Source: Dehalococcoidia bacterium
Lineage (GTDB): Bacteria > Chloroflexota > Dehalococcoidia > Bin125
Assembly: GCA_963555985.3 (NCBI GenBank)
Contig: OY820591.1
Coordinates: forward strand, 640,001 to 704,000
DNA length: 64,000 bases
Reading direction: 5' to 3'
Shown here: one piece after another, positions 28,130-37,632 of the stretch
How the letters are laid out: each line of letters starts with the position of its first letter
Numbering within the stretch: position 1 is the first letter of the stretch
The notes under the pieces: generated by a model
Database searches by the model: none
Told to the model about the DNA's origin: nothing
The model's input: the letters and a program-made list of their open reading frames with translations, nothing else
Program-made: the position numbers and the translations under genes

Positions 28130-28858
28130 TCACAGGTTGATCAGGCCCCAGCGACCGTCAAGTCCGTTTGGATCCGGGTGCAGCTTCGAAGAAATGATCC
28201 GCCAGTCTTCATGATCAACCTTGCCGAGTATGTGCCTCCCGATCGGACTCACCACGAGGTCTGCGAGTTCAAGCCCAGCGATGCGATCTCCCTTGTTGTG
28301 GAGCTCGATGCGGGATATTCGTCGCCGAATCGTCAATGCGCGTCGATCCTCTATCCCCTCCTTGCGTATACGCCCCCATTCTCGCTCCAAACCTGCGTCA
28401 AGAACCGGATCTCGACGCTCCACCACGACCCGTCCTCCATGAATACGCGGACCAATCACATCACAGAAGCGATCAATAAGGCGCTGAAAACAAATGTGAT
28501 ACACATCTCCCTGCCATTCTGCGGACATATCTGCTCGGCCGCTCTTGCTCACTGTGCAAGCCAAAACAGTGTATTCAAGACTATGCATCAACCGATTGAG
28601 ATCCTCGAAGGCTTGAGCGCGTCGCCCTGGATGACGCAGTGACCGAAATGCGCCCCGAGCACGAACGAGGTCCGCGCTATGCAGCGTGAAGTCGGTACGC
28701 CCGCAGTGTTCACTCTTGAACTGTCTGATCGCAGCAGCCACCGTCGTTGCCGCGTACTGCTCCTCCATCACCACTCCACCCAGCACAAAAACTGGGTACT
28801 GCGGATCGATCTTGACCAAATTGTGATCCCCCGACTCATCCAGGTAGAGAACGCGCAT
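28130..28858 (-). CDS. DUF3800 family protein
   Basis: LYLDESGDH, PVFVLGG, LHSADL, GLELADLV; lower GC. Confidence 0.9.
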   Translation of the reverse strand: MRVLYLDESGDHNLVKIDPQYPVFVLGGVVMEEQYAATTVAAAIRQFKSEHCGRTDFTLHSADLVRARGAFRSLRHPGRRAQAFEDLNRLMHSLEYTVLACTVSKSGRADMSAEWQGDVYHICFQRLIDRFCDVIGPRIHGGRVVVERRDPVLDAGLEREWGRIRKEGIEDRRALTIRRRISRIELHNKGDRIAGLELADLVVSPIGRHILGKVDHEDWRIISSKLHPDPNGLDGRWGLINL

Positions 28859-28867
28859 CTGCTGATC

Positions 28868-29395
28868 TCACCCCAGCAAGATCCGAACCCCCTGCTCATA
28901 CCCGTCCAGCGCACGAGCGCACAATTCCTCATCGCTCGCGCTCCCAATCGGATGATCCACCAACGCATACCGAAAATCCGCCAACCCCAGCGTCTTCGCA
29001 ATCATCCGCCCCGTCGGATCAAACGGATGCGTACACAGCACCAGGCTCGGCTTCCCGCTCTGCTCGAAGGTAATCCCGTCATGCACACTGCACGTCGAAC
29101 ACGAGCCTCAATCGCCCACCGCCGTAATCAGAAAGTCAACGTCGTTCGCGATCCGCTCCAACACCTGCGGCTCCGCGATCCGGCTCGCATTCAGCTTGCC
29201 CGTATCGACCACGACTTCGCACTCATGCCGTCGCACAAACTCCTCCGCCGTGAAGCGAAGCAGTCGGTCGGCGTTCACCTTCGCATTCGAGAACAGCCCA
29301 ATCCGCAAACCGCTGAGCGTCTCCAAACGCGGTGCGTGGCGAAAGCCCGTCGCAGCCGGCTCGCCGGTGGGGTCAAAGAGTTCGAGCGGCATCAA
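28868..29395 (-). CDS. UGSC-family selenoprotein (in-frame UGA at 29108-29110)
   Basis: Two ORF-track ORFs join in frame: TAVGD-U-GSCSTCSVHDG...G.PS; SECIS-like hairpin 3' of UGA. Confidence 0.88.
29075..29099 (-). promoter_or_regulatory. Putative bacterial SECIS hairpin
   Basis: UUCG-A-CGUGCA-GUG-UGCAUG-A-CGGG, apical G 20 nt after the UGA. Confidence 0.55.
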
Positions 29396-29437
29396 GCATC
29401 CTCTCCCTGGAAATCCGGCAAATCTGACCGGAGAACT

Positions 29438-30511
29438 CTAATCGCAGTCGATGCAAACGCCGATCGCCTTCGTCTGAAAGATCGAACCGCGACCCCGGCT
29501 CCACGACGGCAGAAACGCCGAGTGACCGCCCGCTTCGCCGCCCGCGACTACGATCAGAATGTCCTCCGGGCTGCGCCCGCGATGGAACCGCACCCCGTCC
29601 GCCCGCGTCGGCCCCCGACCGTCAATCGCCGGCGCAAGCCCGTCCTGACCCGCCGCCGACGACCACTTGCCCGCCCGCAGCATCTCCGTCCCGTCCCGCG
29701 CCGCGTGCTCGAACAGGTACTCCTGCACCTCCGCCCGCCCCCAACCGCCGGAGGCCGCAATCGCCGCGTGCTCCGGCGACATCACCACCAGCGATTGCCC
29801 GTCCGTCAAAGCCCCCAGCGAACCCATCGCATCCGCAAACGTGTCCAGCAGCCGCTCCGGATCGCTCGTGTAGTGGTTCTCAACGTTGTAGAAACCCGAA
29901 GCCGCAAACACTGTCACCGTGCTCACCTCCGCAGGAAACCCCAGCGACTCGTGCAACGGCTCCCAAGGGCTATGCAGGATGTTCTCCGCAATGCAAGCGC
30001 TGTACTTCCCCGGCCAGCCCGTCGTCGAACGGTCGGAGACCCCGGGAATCATCTGAAAGATGTTCATGATCACCAGCCGCACCGCCCGCCCAATCGTCGC
30101 GTTCGCCCGATTGCCCGGCCCGAACACGTTCACGCTCGCGTTCATCCCGATCTCATCGCGGATGTCGCCGGAGACCACCAGCACCGGAGCGGAGCCGCCC
30201 GTACTCGCGGTCGAACCGTGGAAGTTGTACTCGTCCTCGGTCAGACCCTCCAGCGCTGCCAGCACCGTCGGAAAATACTGCGGCAGGCAACCAGCCATCA
30301 CCGCGTTGACCGCTGCCGACTGCACGCTGCACTCCCGCCCCGTCGCCGGATGCCGTGCCACGATCTCCTCGGGCGGCCGCCCGGCCGCAGCCAGAAAGCG
30401 TTCGACCCGCTCACGAGCCGGCGGAACCACGGGCAAGCCGTCCGTCCAGCCCTGCTCGTAGCACCAGTCAATCGCGGAAAGTTCGTCGGTCAGCGTGTGT
30501 GTGGTGGTCAT
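29438..30511 (-). CDS. UGSC-associated conserved protein (GWTDGLPVVPP family)
   Basis: GWTDGLPVVPP, AVMAGC.P, GNRANATIGRA; C-terminal CIDC. Confidence 0.8.
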   Translation of the reverse strand: MTTTHTLTDELSAIDWCYEQGWTDGLPVVPPARERVERFLAAAGRPPEEIVARHPATGRECSVQSAAVNAVMAGCLPQYFPTVLAALEGLTEDEYNFHGSTASTGGSAPVLVVSGDIRDEIGMNASVNVFGPGNRANATIGRAVRLVIMNIFQMIPGVSDRSTTGWPGKYSACIAENILHSPWEPLHESLGFPAEVSTVTVFAASGFYNVENHYTSDPERLLDTFADAMGSLGALTDGQSLVVMSPEHAAIAASGGWGRAEVQEYLFEHAARDGTEMLRAGKWSSAAGQDGLAPAIDGRGPTRADGVRFHRGRSPEDILIVVAGGEAGGHSAFLPSWSRGRGSIFQTKAIGVCIDCD

Positions 30512-30565
30512 AGCCGCAGTCTAGGGCTTCCTCAAATCCGCCCGAAACGCGAATCCAAACCTCCC

Positions 30566-30613
30566 CTCTCCCCCCCTCTGCGGGGGGAGATGTCCCGTAG
30601 GGACAGAGGGGGG
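30566..30613 (+). repeat. Family B double-hairpin repeat
   Basis: Near-identical to 14481-14528. Confidence 0.85.
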
Positions 30614-30869
30614 CTCCTCTCCCTCTGAACAGATGCGATCGCGCGGTAACGGCGATGCCCTTGCCCCTCTGCCTTCGGCGTCTCCCCGCAAGGCAGGGCG
30701 GACTTTCGCAAAGCTCTCCCAATGCGGAGATCACTCGCCGAGCTCGCCGCAGCGGAGCGCCCGGCCCCCGCAGAGACGACGGAGGGCCGGCAAGCCAAGA
30801 GAGTAATCTGCGGGCAACGGAGCTCGCCGGGAGCGGGCGTGAGAGGGATGCGATGAAGGCGAGCGTGCG

Positions 30870-32543
30870 GTGAGCAGGCGGCCCGGCGCGCGCAGCGGGG
30901 ACTCTCCTGCCGGAATGGACCAGGATCGCCCCTTAGTCACCGGGCCGTCGCTTGGCCCCGTTCCCTATTACTGGGTCGCGGCGATCGTTGTCTGCGTTGG
31001 CACCTTCCTCGGTGTCATGGACAACACGATCACCAACATCGCCCTCCCGACCATGAAGGACGAGTTCGGGCGCCCGCTCGACGACGTGATCTGGGTAGCG
31101 CTCGCCTTCATCGTCGTCAGCACCGGCCTCTCCCTCACGATGGGACGCCTGGGCGACCTCTACGGCCGCAAGATGCTCTACACCTGGGGCTTCGTCGTCT
31201 TCACGGTCGCCACCTTCCTCTCCTCGATCTCCGGATCGCTGGAGGAACTCGTCGGCACGCGCGTGTTGCAGGCCGTCGGCGCCTCGATGACGATGGCGAA
31301 TGGCGCAGCAATCATCACCGCCGCCTTCCCGCCCTCGAAGCGCGGTACCGGCCTGGGCCTGATCGTCTCCACGGTCGGCGCCGGTGCGGCTGCGGGACCG
31401 ATTCTGGGCGGCGTGCTGATCGACCTACTGGACTGGCGCGCGATCTTCTGGACCCGTGTGCCCTTTGGCCTGCTCGCCGCCTTCCTCGCGTGGCGCTTCC
31501 TGACCGACGCGCCCAGCGAGCAGCGGCCCAAGGGTCTTGACATTCCCGGCTCCGTGTTGCTCTTCGGGATGTTGGCTTGCCTCACCTTCGGGATCAACCG
31601 CGCACGCGATCTCGGCCTGACCTCGACCACGGTCACGCTGGTGCTCGCAGCCGGGCTCGTGTTCATGGTCTGGTTCATCATCGTCGAGCGTCGCTCGCGC
31701 TCGCCGGTCGTCGATCTGGGTCTGTTCAAGGGGCGTGGATTCTCATTCGGAATCCTGGCGGCCATCTTGCAGTTCTTCGGCTTGAGTTTCACGTTCTATC
31801 TGATGCCCACGCTGCTTCAGGACGGGCGCGGCTTCAGCGCGACCCAGACCGCGATGATGATGATGCCGCTCTCGCTGATGATGCTGCTCTGGGCGCCGAT
31901 CTCGGGACGCTTATCCGACCGCTTTGGCTCGCGTCCGCTGACGACGGCGGGGATGGTGATCGTCTGCACCGGCCTGATCTTGCTCTCCCGCACCTCGGCC
32001 GACACCTCGCCGGTCGACTTCGCTATGCGGATGCTGCTGCTGGGCATCGGCACCTCAACCTTCAGTTCGCCGAACACATCGGTCATCATGTCTGCCGTGC
32101 CGCCGCAGCGGCTGGGGACGGCCTCGGCTTCGCAAACGACGGCGCGCACCTTTGGCAACGCCTTCGGCACCTCGGTCGCGGTCGCGGTGATGGCCTCGGT
32201 CGCGGCGAGCTTTGCGGCTGAGAACGGAGTCGCAGCAGACAGCGGCGAATCCGTCATCCAGGGATTCCGCACGGCGCTGCTCGTGGCTGCGCTCGTCGCC
32301 TCGCCCGCGATCCTGTTGTCCTTACTGGGCGGCCAGCGCGGCGTCCGCGTGGCTGCCGAGCGAGCCGCCGACAAGGCTGCCGAAGGCGTGCAGGTCGTGC
32401 GCGGGGCGATTGAGATCGAGGTCGCCCGAATGGTGCCGCTGTTCCGGGGTCAAAAGTCGGCGAACTACGGCAGGAACGGACGCAACGGTGTCGGCGCTCA
32501 GCAGTCGGTGAGCTCCGCACGGGCAAGGAAAGAGTTGTCGTGA
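30870..32543 (+). CDS. MFS transporter, DHA2/EmrB-like
   Basis: MDNTITNIALP, GRLGDLYGRK, 14-TM pattern; alternative start ATG 30915. Confidence 0.92.
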   Translation: MSRRPGARSGDSPAGMDQDRPLVTGPSLGPVPYYWVAAIVVCVGTFLGVMDNTITNIALPTMKDEFGRPLDDVIWVALAFIVVSTGLSLTMGRLGDLYGRKMLYTWGFVVFTVATFLSSISGSLEELVGTRVLQAVGASMTMANGAAIITAAFPPSKRGTGLGLIVSTVGAGAAAGPILGGVLIDLLDWRAIFWTRVPFGLLAAFLAWRFLTDAPSEQRPKGLDIPGSVLLFGMLACLTFGINRARDLGLTSTTVTLVLAAGLVFMVWFIIVERRSRSPVVDLGLFKGRGFSFGILAAILQFFGLSFTFYLMPTLLQDGRGFSATQTAMMMMPLSLMMLLWAPISGRLSDRFGSRPLTTAGMVIVCTGLILLSRTSADTSPVDFAMRMLLLGIGTSTFSSPNTSVIMSAVPPQRLGTASASQTTARTFGNAFGTSVAVAVMASVAASFAAENGVAADSGESVIQGFRTALLVAALVASPAILLSLLGGQRGVRVAAERAADKAAEGVQVVRGAIEIEVARMVPLFRGQKSANYGRNGRNGVGAQQSVSSARARKELS

Positions 32544-34009
32544 CGCATGTGATCGTGGTCGGAGCGGGCAATGCGGCATTGTGCGCGGCGCTGTCGGCGC
32601 GCGAGCATGGCGCTGATGTCACCGTGCTCGAAAAAGCGCCCGAAGCCGAGCGCGGTGGCAACACCTACTTCACCGGCGGCGGCTTCCGCTTTCCCTATTC
32701 GGGCATCGGCGACATCCTCGAACTGATCCCGGACCTCAGCGACGCAGAACAGGCGCGTGTCGATGTCGGCGCCTACCCCGCCAGCCGGTTCCGCGACGAT
32801 CTCGCCCGCGTCACCGACGGTCTGATCGACGACGGCATGGCCTCAACCCTCGTCCGCGAAGCTGCGCCCACCATCCGCTGGCTGCGAGAACGCGGCGTCC
32901 GCTTCGCCTTAATGACCGGACGCCAAGCGAACGAAGTCGGCGGCAAGCTGGTCTTCTACGGTGGCCTCACTGTGGAGGCGGTCGGCGCTGGCAAGGGCCT
33001 CTCCGACCAGGAATTCGCCGCCGCCGAACGCGACGGCGTGCAGATCCGCTACGGAGCAAAGGTTGTGGACTTACTCCGCCAAGGGCGGCGCATCGCCGGC
33101 GTCAGCTTCTGGACCGACGACGAGGAAGAAGAACTGGAAGCGGACGCCGTCATCCTCGCTGCGGGCGGCTTCGAAGCCAACACCGAAATGCGCACCCGCT
33201 ACCTGGGCCCCGGCTGGGACATGGCCAAGGTGCGCGGTACCCGCTTCAACACCGGCGACGCCATTCGCGCCGCAATCGCTGCGGGCGCCCAGCCCTTCGG
33301 CAACTGGTCGGGCGCGCACGCCGTCGCCTGGGACTTGAACGCGCCCCCCACCGGAAATCGAGTCGTCGCCGACCTCTATCAGAAGCACTCATACCCCTAC
33401 GGCCTGATCGTCAATCTCAACGGCGAGCGCTTCGTGGACGAGGGCGCCGACCTGCGCAACTACACCTACGCCCGCTACGGACGCGCGATCCTCGAACAGC
33501 CCCAGCGCGTCGCCTTCCAACTGTTCGATCAGCGAACGGCGCATCTACTCCGCGACGAGTACCACGTTCGCCAGGTCACGATGGCGCAGGCCGATACGAT
33601 TGCCGACCTCGCCGAGGCGCTGGGCGTTGATGTGGTCGGGCTAAAGCAAACGATCGCCGAGTACAACGCAGCTTGCGTTGGAGGCGAGTTCAATCCATCG
33701 GCGCTCGACGGTGTGCGCACCGAGGGAATCACGCCGCCCAAGTCGAACTGGGCCTTGCCCGTTGATTCCCCACCGTATCTCGGTTTCGCCGTCACCTGCG
33801 GGATCACGTTCACCTTCGGCGGCCTCAAAATCACTCCGCGCAGCGGCCAAGTGCTCGACACCGAAGACCGTCCCATGCCCGGTCTCTACGCCGCCGGAGA
33901 ACTGGTCGGCGGACTGTTCTATAACAACTACGCGGGCGGTTCCGGATTGATGGCCGGCAGCGTCTTCGGCCGGATCGCGGGAAGGAGCGCAGCACGTGCA
34001 AATACCTGA
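32540..34009 (+). CDS. tcuA: FAD-dependent tricarballylate dehydrogenase-like flavoprotein
   Basis: VVGAGNAALCAA, GGFEAN.EMR.RYLGPGWD.AKVRG, GITFTFGG, NYAGGSGL. Confidence 0.85.
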   Translation: MTHVIVVGAGNAALCAALSAREHGADVTVLEKAPEAERGGNTYFTGGGFRFPYSGIGDILELIPDLSDAEQARVDVGAYPASRFRDDLARVTDGLIDDGMASTLVREAAPTIRWLRERGVRFALMTGRQANEVGGKLVFYGGLTVEAVGAGKGLSDQEFAAAERDGVQIRYGAKVVDLLRQGRRIAGVSFWTDDEEEELEADAVILAAGGFEANTEMRTRYLGPGWDMAKVRGTRFNTGDAIRAAIAAGAQPFGNWSGAHAVAWDLNAPPTGNRVVADLYQKHSYPYGLIVNLNGERFVDEGADLRNYTYARYGRAILEQPQRVAFQLFDQRTAHLLRDEYHVRQVTMAQADTIADLAEALGVDVVGLKQTIAEYNAACVGGEFNPSALDGVRTEGITPPKSNWALPVDSPPYLGFAVTCGITFTFGGLKITPRSGQVLDTEDRPMPGLYAAGELVGGLFYNNYAGGSGLMAGSVFGRIAGRSAARANT

Positions 34010-34736
34010 CCGAGCCCAAGCGCTGCTGCGAGAGATCATCGATTCGCCGGACGTGCTGATGACCCCGGCCCTGCGTCGCATCGCGCGGCGTGAGGCGCGC
34101 GCCTTGAAATCCGCGACCGGCGAAGAGGTGTTGGAGCTCTGCAATGAACTGATCGAGCACGGCGGCAGCGGCCGGGTGCGCCGAGCCGAACACGGCCCCG
34201 CCTACGAATCCAGAATGGTGGCGTTCGAACTGGGCGCAATGCACCGTGAGGCGTTCGCCCTCTTGAACTGGCGCGAACTGGAGCGCCTGGGCCGCACCCT
34301 AGACGGCTGGGCCTCTGTCGATCACTTCGCCCGCAAACTCAGCGGCCCCGCCTGGCAGCTCGGCCAGATCACCGACGCCCGCATCATGCGCTGGGCCACC
34401 TCCACCGACTTCTGGTGGAGACGGGCCGGGCTGGTCTCCACCATCGCTCTGAACGAGCGCCACTTAGGCCGCGGCGACGCCGCCCGCACCCTCACCATCT
34501 GCGAACTCTTCATCGACGACCGCGCCGATCTCCACGTCAAAGCCCTCAGCTGGGCGCTGCGCGAGCTCGCCTTGCGAGACCCCGAAGCAGTGATCGAGTT
34601 CCTCCTGCTCCGCGAAGACCGCCTGGCCCCGAGAGTCCGACGCGAGGTCCGAAACAAACTCACCACCGGTCACAAGCTGGCAAAGCCGTCCGAAGCAATG
34701 CAACGCCGGATGGCTGCGCGTCGATCTAGCGATTGA
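33996..34736 (+). CDS. DNA alkylation repair protein (AlkD-like)
   Basis: LDGWASVDHF, W.RRAGLVST, VKALSWALREL. Confidence 0.88.
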   Translation: MQIPDRAQALLREIIDSPDVLMTPALRRIARREARALKSATGEEVLELCNELIEHGGSGRVRRAEHGPAYESRMVAFELGAMHREAFALLNWRELERLGRTLDGWASVDHFARKLSGPAWQLGQITDARIMRWATSTDFWWRRAGLVSTIALNERHLGRGDAARTLTICELFIDDRADLHVKALSWALRELALRDPEAVIEFLLLREDRLAPRVRREVRNKLTTGHKLAKPSEAMQRRMAARRSSD

Positions 34737-35220
34737 GGATCAGGGAAACGCTCAGTGGATCGTATGAAAGGTTGAGCTCGAAGTGTTGCAACACGTCTCG
34801 TCCCAGCAGCGAGGGCATTTCCCAATACGACTGCCCTCGTCGGAGTCTTCTCACTGGTTCCGCGACCAGGATCGGTTGGGCAAAGTGATACGCTTCGCCG
34901 TCCGCGTCGGTGAACCCTAGACCGACGCGTTGGACGAGACATCGCAGGGTGGCGTTGCCGAGGCCGGTCACACTGACCGCATCGCGGCGCTGATTGATCT
35001 GAGGATCTTCGTCCCAAACGCCAAGCAACACGCGGCCTGCTTCCGATTGCAAGATGGTGTAGTCCGCGCCCGTATCGATCATGAAGGAGTGTTCGAGCCG
35101 CTGTCGGCCAAGCATCACACGGACGCGGATATACGGCGCGGATAGAGCAGACAGTGTGGGGTGTGGCGCGACACCGGTGGGGTGAAAGTACCCGGGTAGG
35201 CGGCGTCTCACAGCGCCCAC
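34726..35220 (-). CDS. Retropepsin-like aspartic protease
   Basis: FMIDTGADYT and LLGRDVL. Confidence 0.8.
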   Translation of the reverse strand: MGAVRRRLPGYFHPTGVAPHPTLSALSAPYIRVRVMLGRQRLEHSFMIDTGADYTILQSEAGRVLLGVWDEDPQINQRRDAVSVTGLGNATLRCLVQRVGLGFTDADGEAYHFAQPILVAEPVRRLRRGQSYWEMPSLLGRDVLQHFELNLSYDPLSVSLILNR

Positions 35221-35516
35221 GCAGTGCCGGGTTCTCGCTGACCATGAAAGAGCGCGGCAGCGCGTTGAATCTCAGGCAACGACATGAGCAACTGATGCAA
35301 CTCCTCAGGATCGGAACAGCCGCAGACTCTCTTGCCGCCGTCGTAGACGACGACCATTTGGCCGGGAAAACGCTCGAACAGCTCGAGTTCGTGCGCCAGG
35401 AAATACTCCAGATTGGCTTGACTCTCGCGCGTGATCGCGCGGCTGTCTTCGTAATCCGGATCAGACGGCTCCAGCTGGCGAATCTCGAATGGGATCGGTT
35501 CCACTGCTTCGGACAT
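35208..35516 (-). CDS. Small DUF5678-like protein
   Basis: YFLAHELELFERFPGQMVVVYDG; overlaps protease start. Confidence 0.6.
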   Translation of the reverse strand: MSEAVEPIPFEIRQLEPSDPDYEDSRAITRESQANLEYFLAHELELFERFPGQMVVVYDGGKRVCGCSDPEELHQLLMSLPEIQRAAALFHGQREPGTAWAL

Positions 35517-35546
35517 GATCGACTCCGAGCTCTCAGCCTAGCGAGC

Positions 35547-37100
35547 TCAGATGCATGTCGGCCAACTGGCCAACTCCTTCGTTTCACCTCGTCTGGGAGG
35601 CGTCACCGGGAACCGCTGCACCGCCTCCAGCAACCAACTGCGCGTATCCGCCGGATCAATGATCTCATCCAGATTCATGATGCCGGCGGCGCCCCATGGC
35701 TCATGGCCCAAAGTCCATTCAGCGATCAGGCGCTGACGTTCGGCGTCGGGGTCGGCAGCGTTGGCAATGTCTCGCGCGTGCACGACGTTGACGCCGACGC
35801 CTGGGTCCATGAACGAGATCTCCGCCCCCGGCCAGGCGGTGACCAGGGAGTTATCCATGCTGTTGCCCGAGAGCGAGAAGTAGGCCAGCCCGAATGCTTT
35901 GCGCAGCACGACGGTCATGCGCGGGACGGTCATCAGCGCAAGCGCCTCCATGAACATGATCGCTTTATGCAGCAGCCGCGCATGTTCGGGCTGAGAGCCG
36001 ACGATGAAGCCGGGCACGTCCTGCAACCAGATCGTGGGGATGTTGAAGGCCTCGCACATGCAGACGAACTGCGTGCCCTTGTCGCAGGTGTTGGGGTCGA
36101 GCGCGCCGGCGTTGAACATCGGATTGCTGGCGAGAATGCCGACCGTCTGTCCGCCGATCCGCGCAAGCGCCGTGATCAAACTGCGACCGAAACGCGGCTT
36201 GAGTTCAAGCATCTCTCCGTCATCGACCAGCCGCGTGATCACGCGGTGCATGTCGTAGGCGCGCTGACGGCGAGTGGGTACGAGGTTGGCAATGGCCGGA
36301 TCGTGCTCGGCGTAGTCGTAGCCCGCGCGGATTGGAGGCGTTTCCCAACAGTTGGAGGGCATGTAGGAGAGGAACGACTTGATCTGCTCGATCGCTTCGT
36401 CTTCCGTGTCCGCCGATACGTCGATCTGGCCCGTGAGGTCCAGATGGATGTCGACGCCGCCGAGCTCCTGCAATGTGATCAGCTCGCCGGTGGCGATCTC
36501 GATCACACGCGGCGAAGAGACGTTGAGCGCCGAGCCTCGTACCTGGACGGTGAAGTCGGAATAGGCGCTGTGGAAGCTGGAACCGCCAAAGGACTCGCCC
36601 ACGATGGCGGTGGCCATCGGAATCCGCCGCCGCCGCCGGGCGGACTCGATGCCCGGCGGGATCTTGCTGAAACCTTCAGAGCCAAGAGCGTCGGGCAAGC
36701 GCGCGCCGCCGGTCTCGCCGAAGTAGACGTACGGCACGCCCTGCTTGAGCGCCTGCTCGTAGATCCGCTTCATCCGCTTGCCGCCCACGACCGAGGAGGA
36801 GCCATGCAGCACGGTCACGTCGTCGCCGCAGCCGGTGGCGGGCCGGCCGTCGATTTTGCCCCAACCGCCAATCTTGCCGTCGCCGGGCGTACGGTCGCGG
36901 ACATCGGGGACCTCGGAGAAGGCAAAGGTGCCGATCTCGCGGAAGCTGCCGGGGTCGAAGAGCTTGTCAAGCCGCTCGCGGATCGTCATCCGCCCCTTCG
37001 CGTGCTGGCGAGCGATCCGCTCGGGCGAACCCATCTCGGAGACGATCTTCTGCCGCCGCATGAGGAGGTCTTCACGGATCGCTTGGGGTGACAGTGGCAT
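35547..37100 (-). CDS. Acyl-CoA carboxylase carboxyltransferase subunit
   Basis: GRMTIRERL, LQDVPGFIVG, DEIIDPADTR. Confidence 0.93.
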   Translation of the reverse strand: MPLSPQAIREDLLMRRQKIVSEMGSPERIARQHAKGRMTIRERLDKLFDPGSFREIGTFAFSEVPDVRDRTPGDGKIGGWGKIDGRPATGCGDDVTVLHGSSSVVGGKRMKRIYEQALKQGVPYVYFGETGGARLPDALGSEGFSKIPPGIESARRRRRIPMATAIVGESFGGSSFHSAYSDFTVQVRGSALNVSSPRVIEIATGELITLQELGGVDIHLDLTGQIDVSADTEDEAIEQIKSFLSYMPSNCWETPPIRAGYDYAEHDPAIANLVPTRRQRAYDMHRVITRLVDDGEMLELKPRFGRSLITALARIGGQTVGILASNPMFNAGALDPNTCDKGTQFVCMCEAFNIPTIWLQDVPGFIVGSQPEHARLLHKAIMFMEALALMTVPRMTVVLRKAFGLAYFSLSGNSMDNSLVTAWPGAEISFMDPGVGVNVVHARDIANAADPDAERQRLIAEWTLGHEPWGAAGIMNLDEIIDPADTRSWLLEAVQRFPVTPPRRGETKELASWPTCI

Positions 37101-37340
37101 CGAACGCTCCCTCTTGCAGATTGCAGGCCGAGTCTAGGGGCGGCTTTACCGCTTGGGACAGCGAGCAGCGATGGCCTGTTGGCGTGGGTTGGGCGAGCGC
37201 TGTTCGGGGGAGAGATTGTTCGGCGTGCGATGGGTGGATAGCGGAAATTTTTTCGGGCGAGTCTGGTGGAGGAAACCCAGTGTTTTACGGGAGATCGTGT
37301 GATCTGGGTGGTAGGCGGTGGTTAGTCCTGGAAAGCCTGG

Positions 37341-37436
37341 GTGTTTCGATTCCGATCGAATTTGTTTCATTTTGTTTCATTTTGTTTCGCCTTGTTTCGC
37401 TTTGTTCGGGTCTGGTCGGCGCCGTTCGGGTCTGGT
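37341..37436. repeat. 10-bp-period tandem array
   Basis: TTTGTTTCAT x2, TTTGTTTCGC, CTTGTTTCGC, TTTGTTCGGG; GTTCGGGTCTGGT x2 at 20-bp spacing. Confidence 0.8.
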
Positions 37437-37468
37437 TTGATGGTGTCGGGAGCGGGTTCCCGCGTTCG

Positions 37469-37632
37469 GAGGCCTTTGCGAAAGCCCAGCTTGTGCGGCT
37501 AATGCCTTGGAGGAGCGGATCGCGCGATGGGAGGTCGGTGGTACGACCAGATTGGGAGTGACTTCACACTTGGTTGCTTCGAGATTCCCGCCTGCGCGGG
37601 AATGACGGAAACGGGAGTTATGCATCGGTCTC
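37469..37632. mobile_element. 164-bp MITE (copy 1)
   Basis: Imperfect TIRs GAGGCCTTTGCGAAA / rc GAGACCGATGCATAA; ~110-bp interior shared with 62490-62652; internal REP. Confidence 0.75.

Noticed and set aside
35154-37091. Long alternative-frame ORFs (also 2047-3711, 19714-21099, 26738-27961, 28679-30628)
   Set aside because: Antisense shadows of well-supported genes in GC-rich DNA, no motifs
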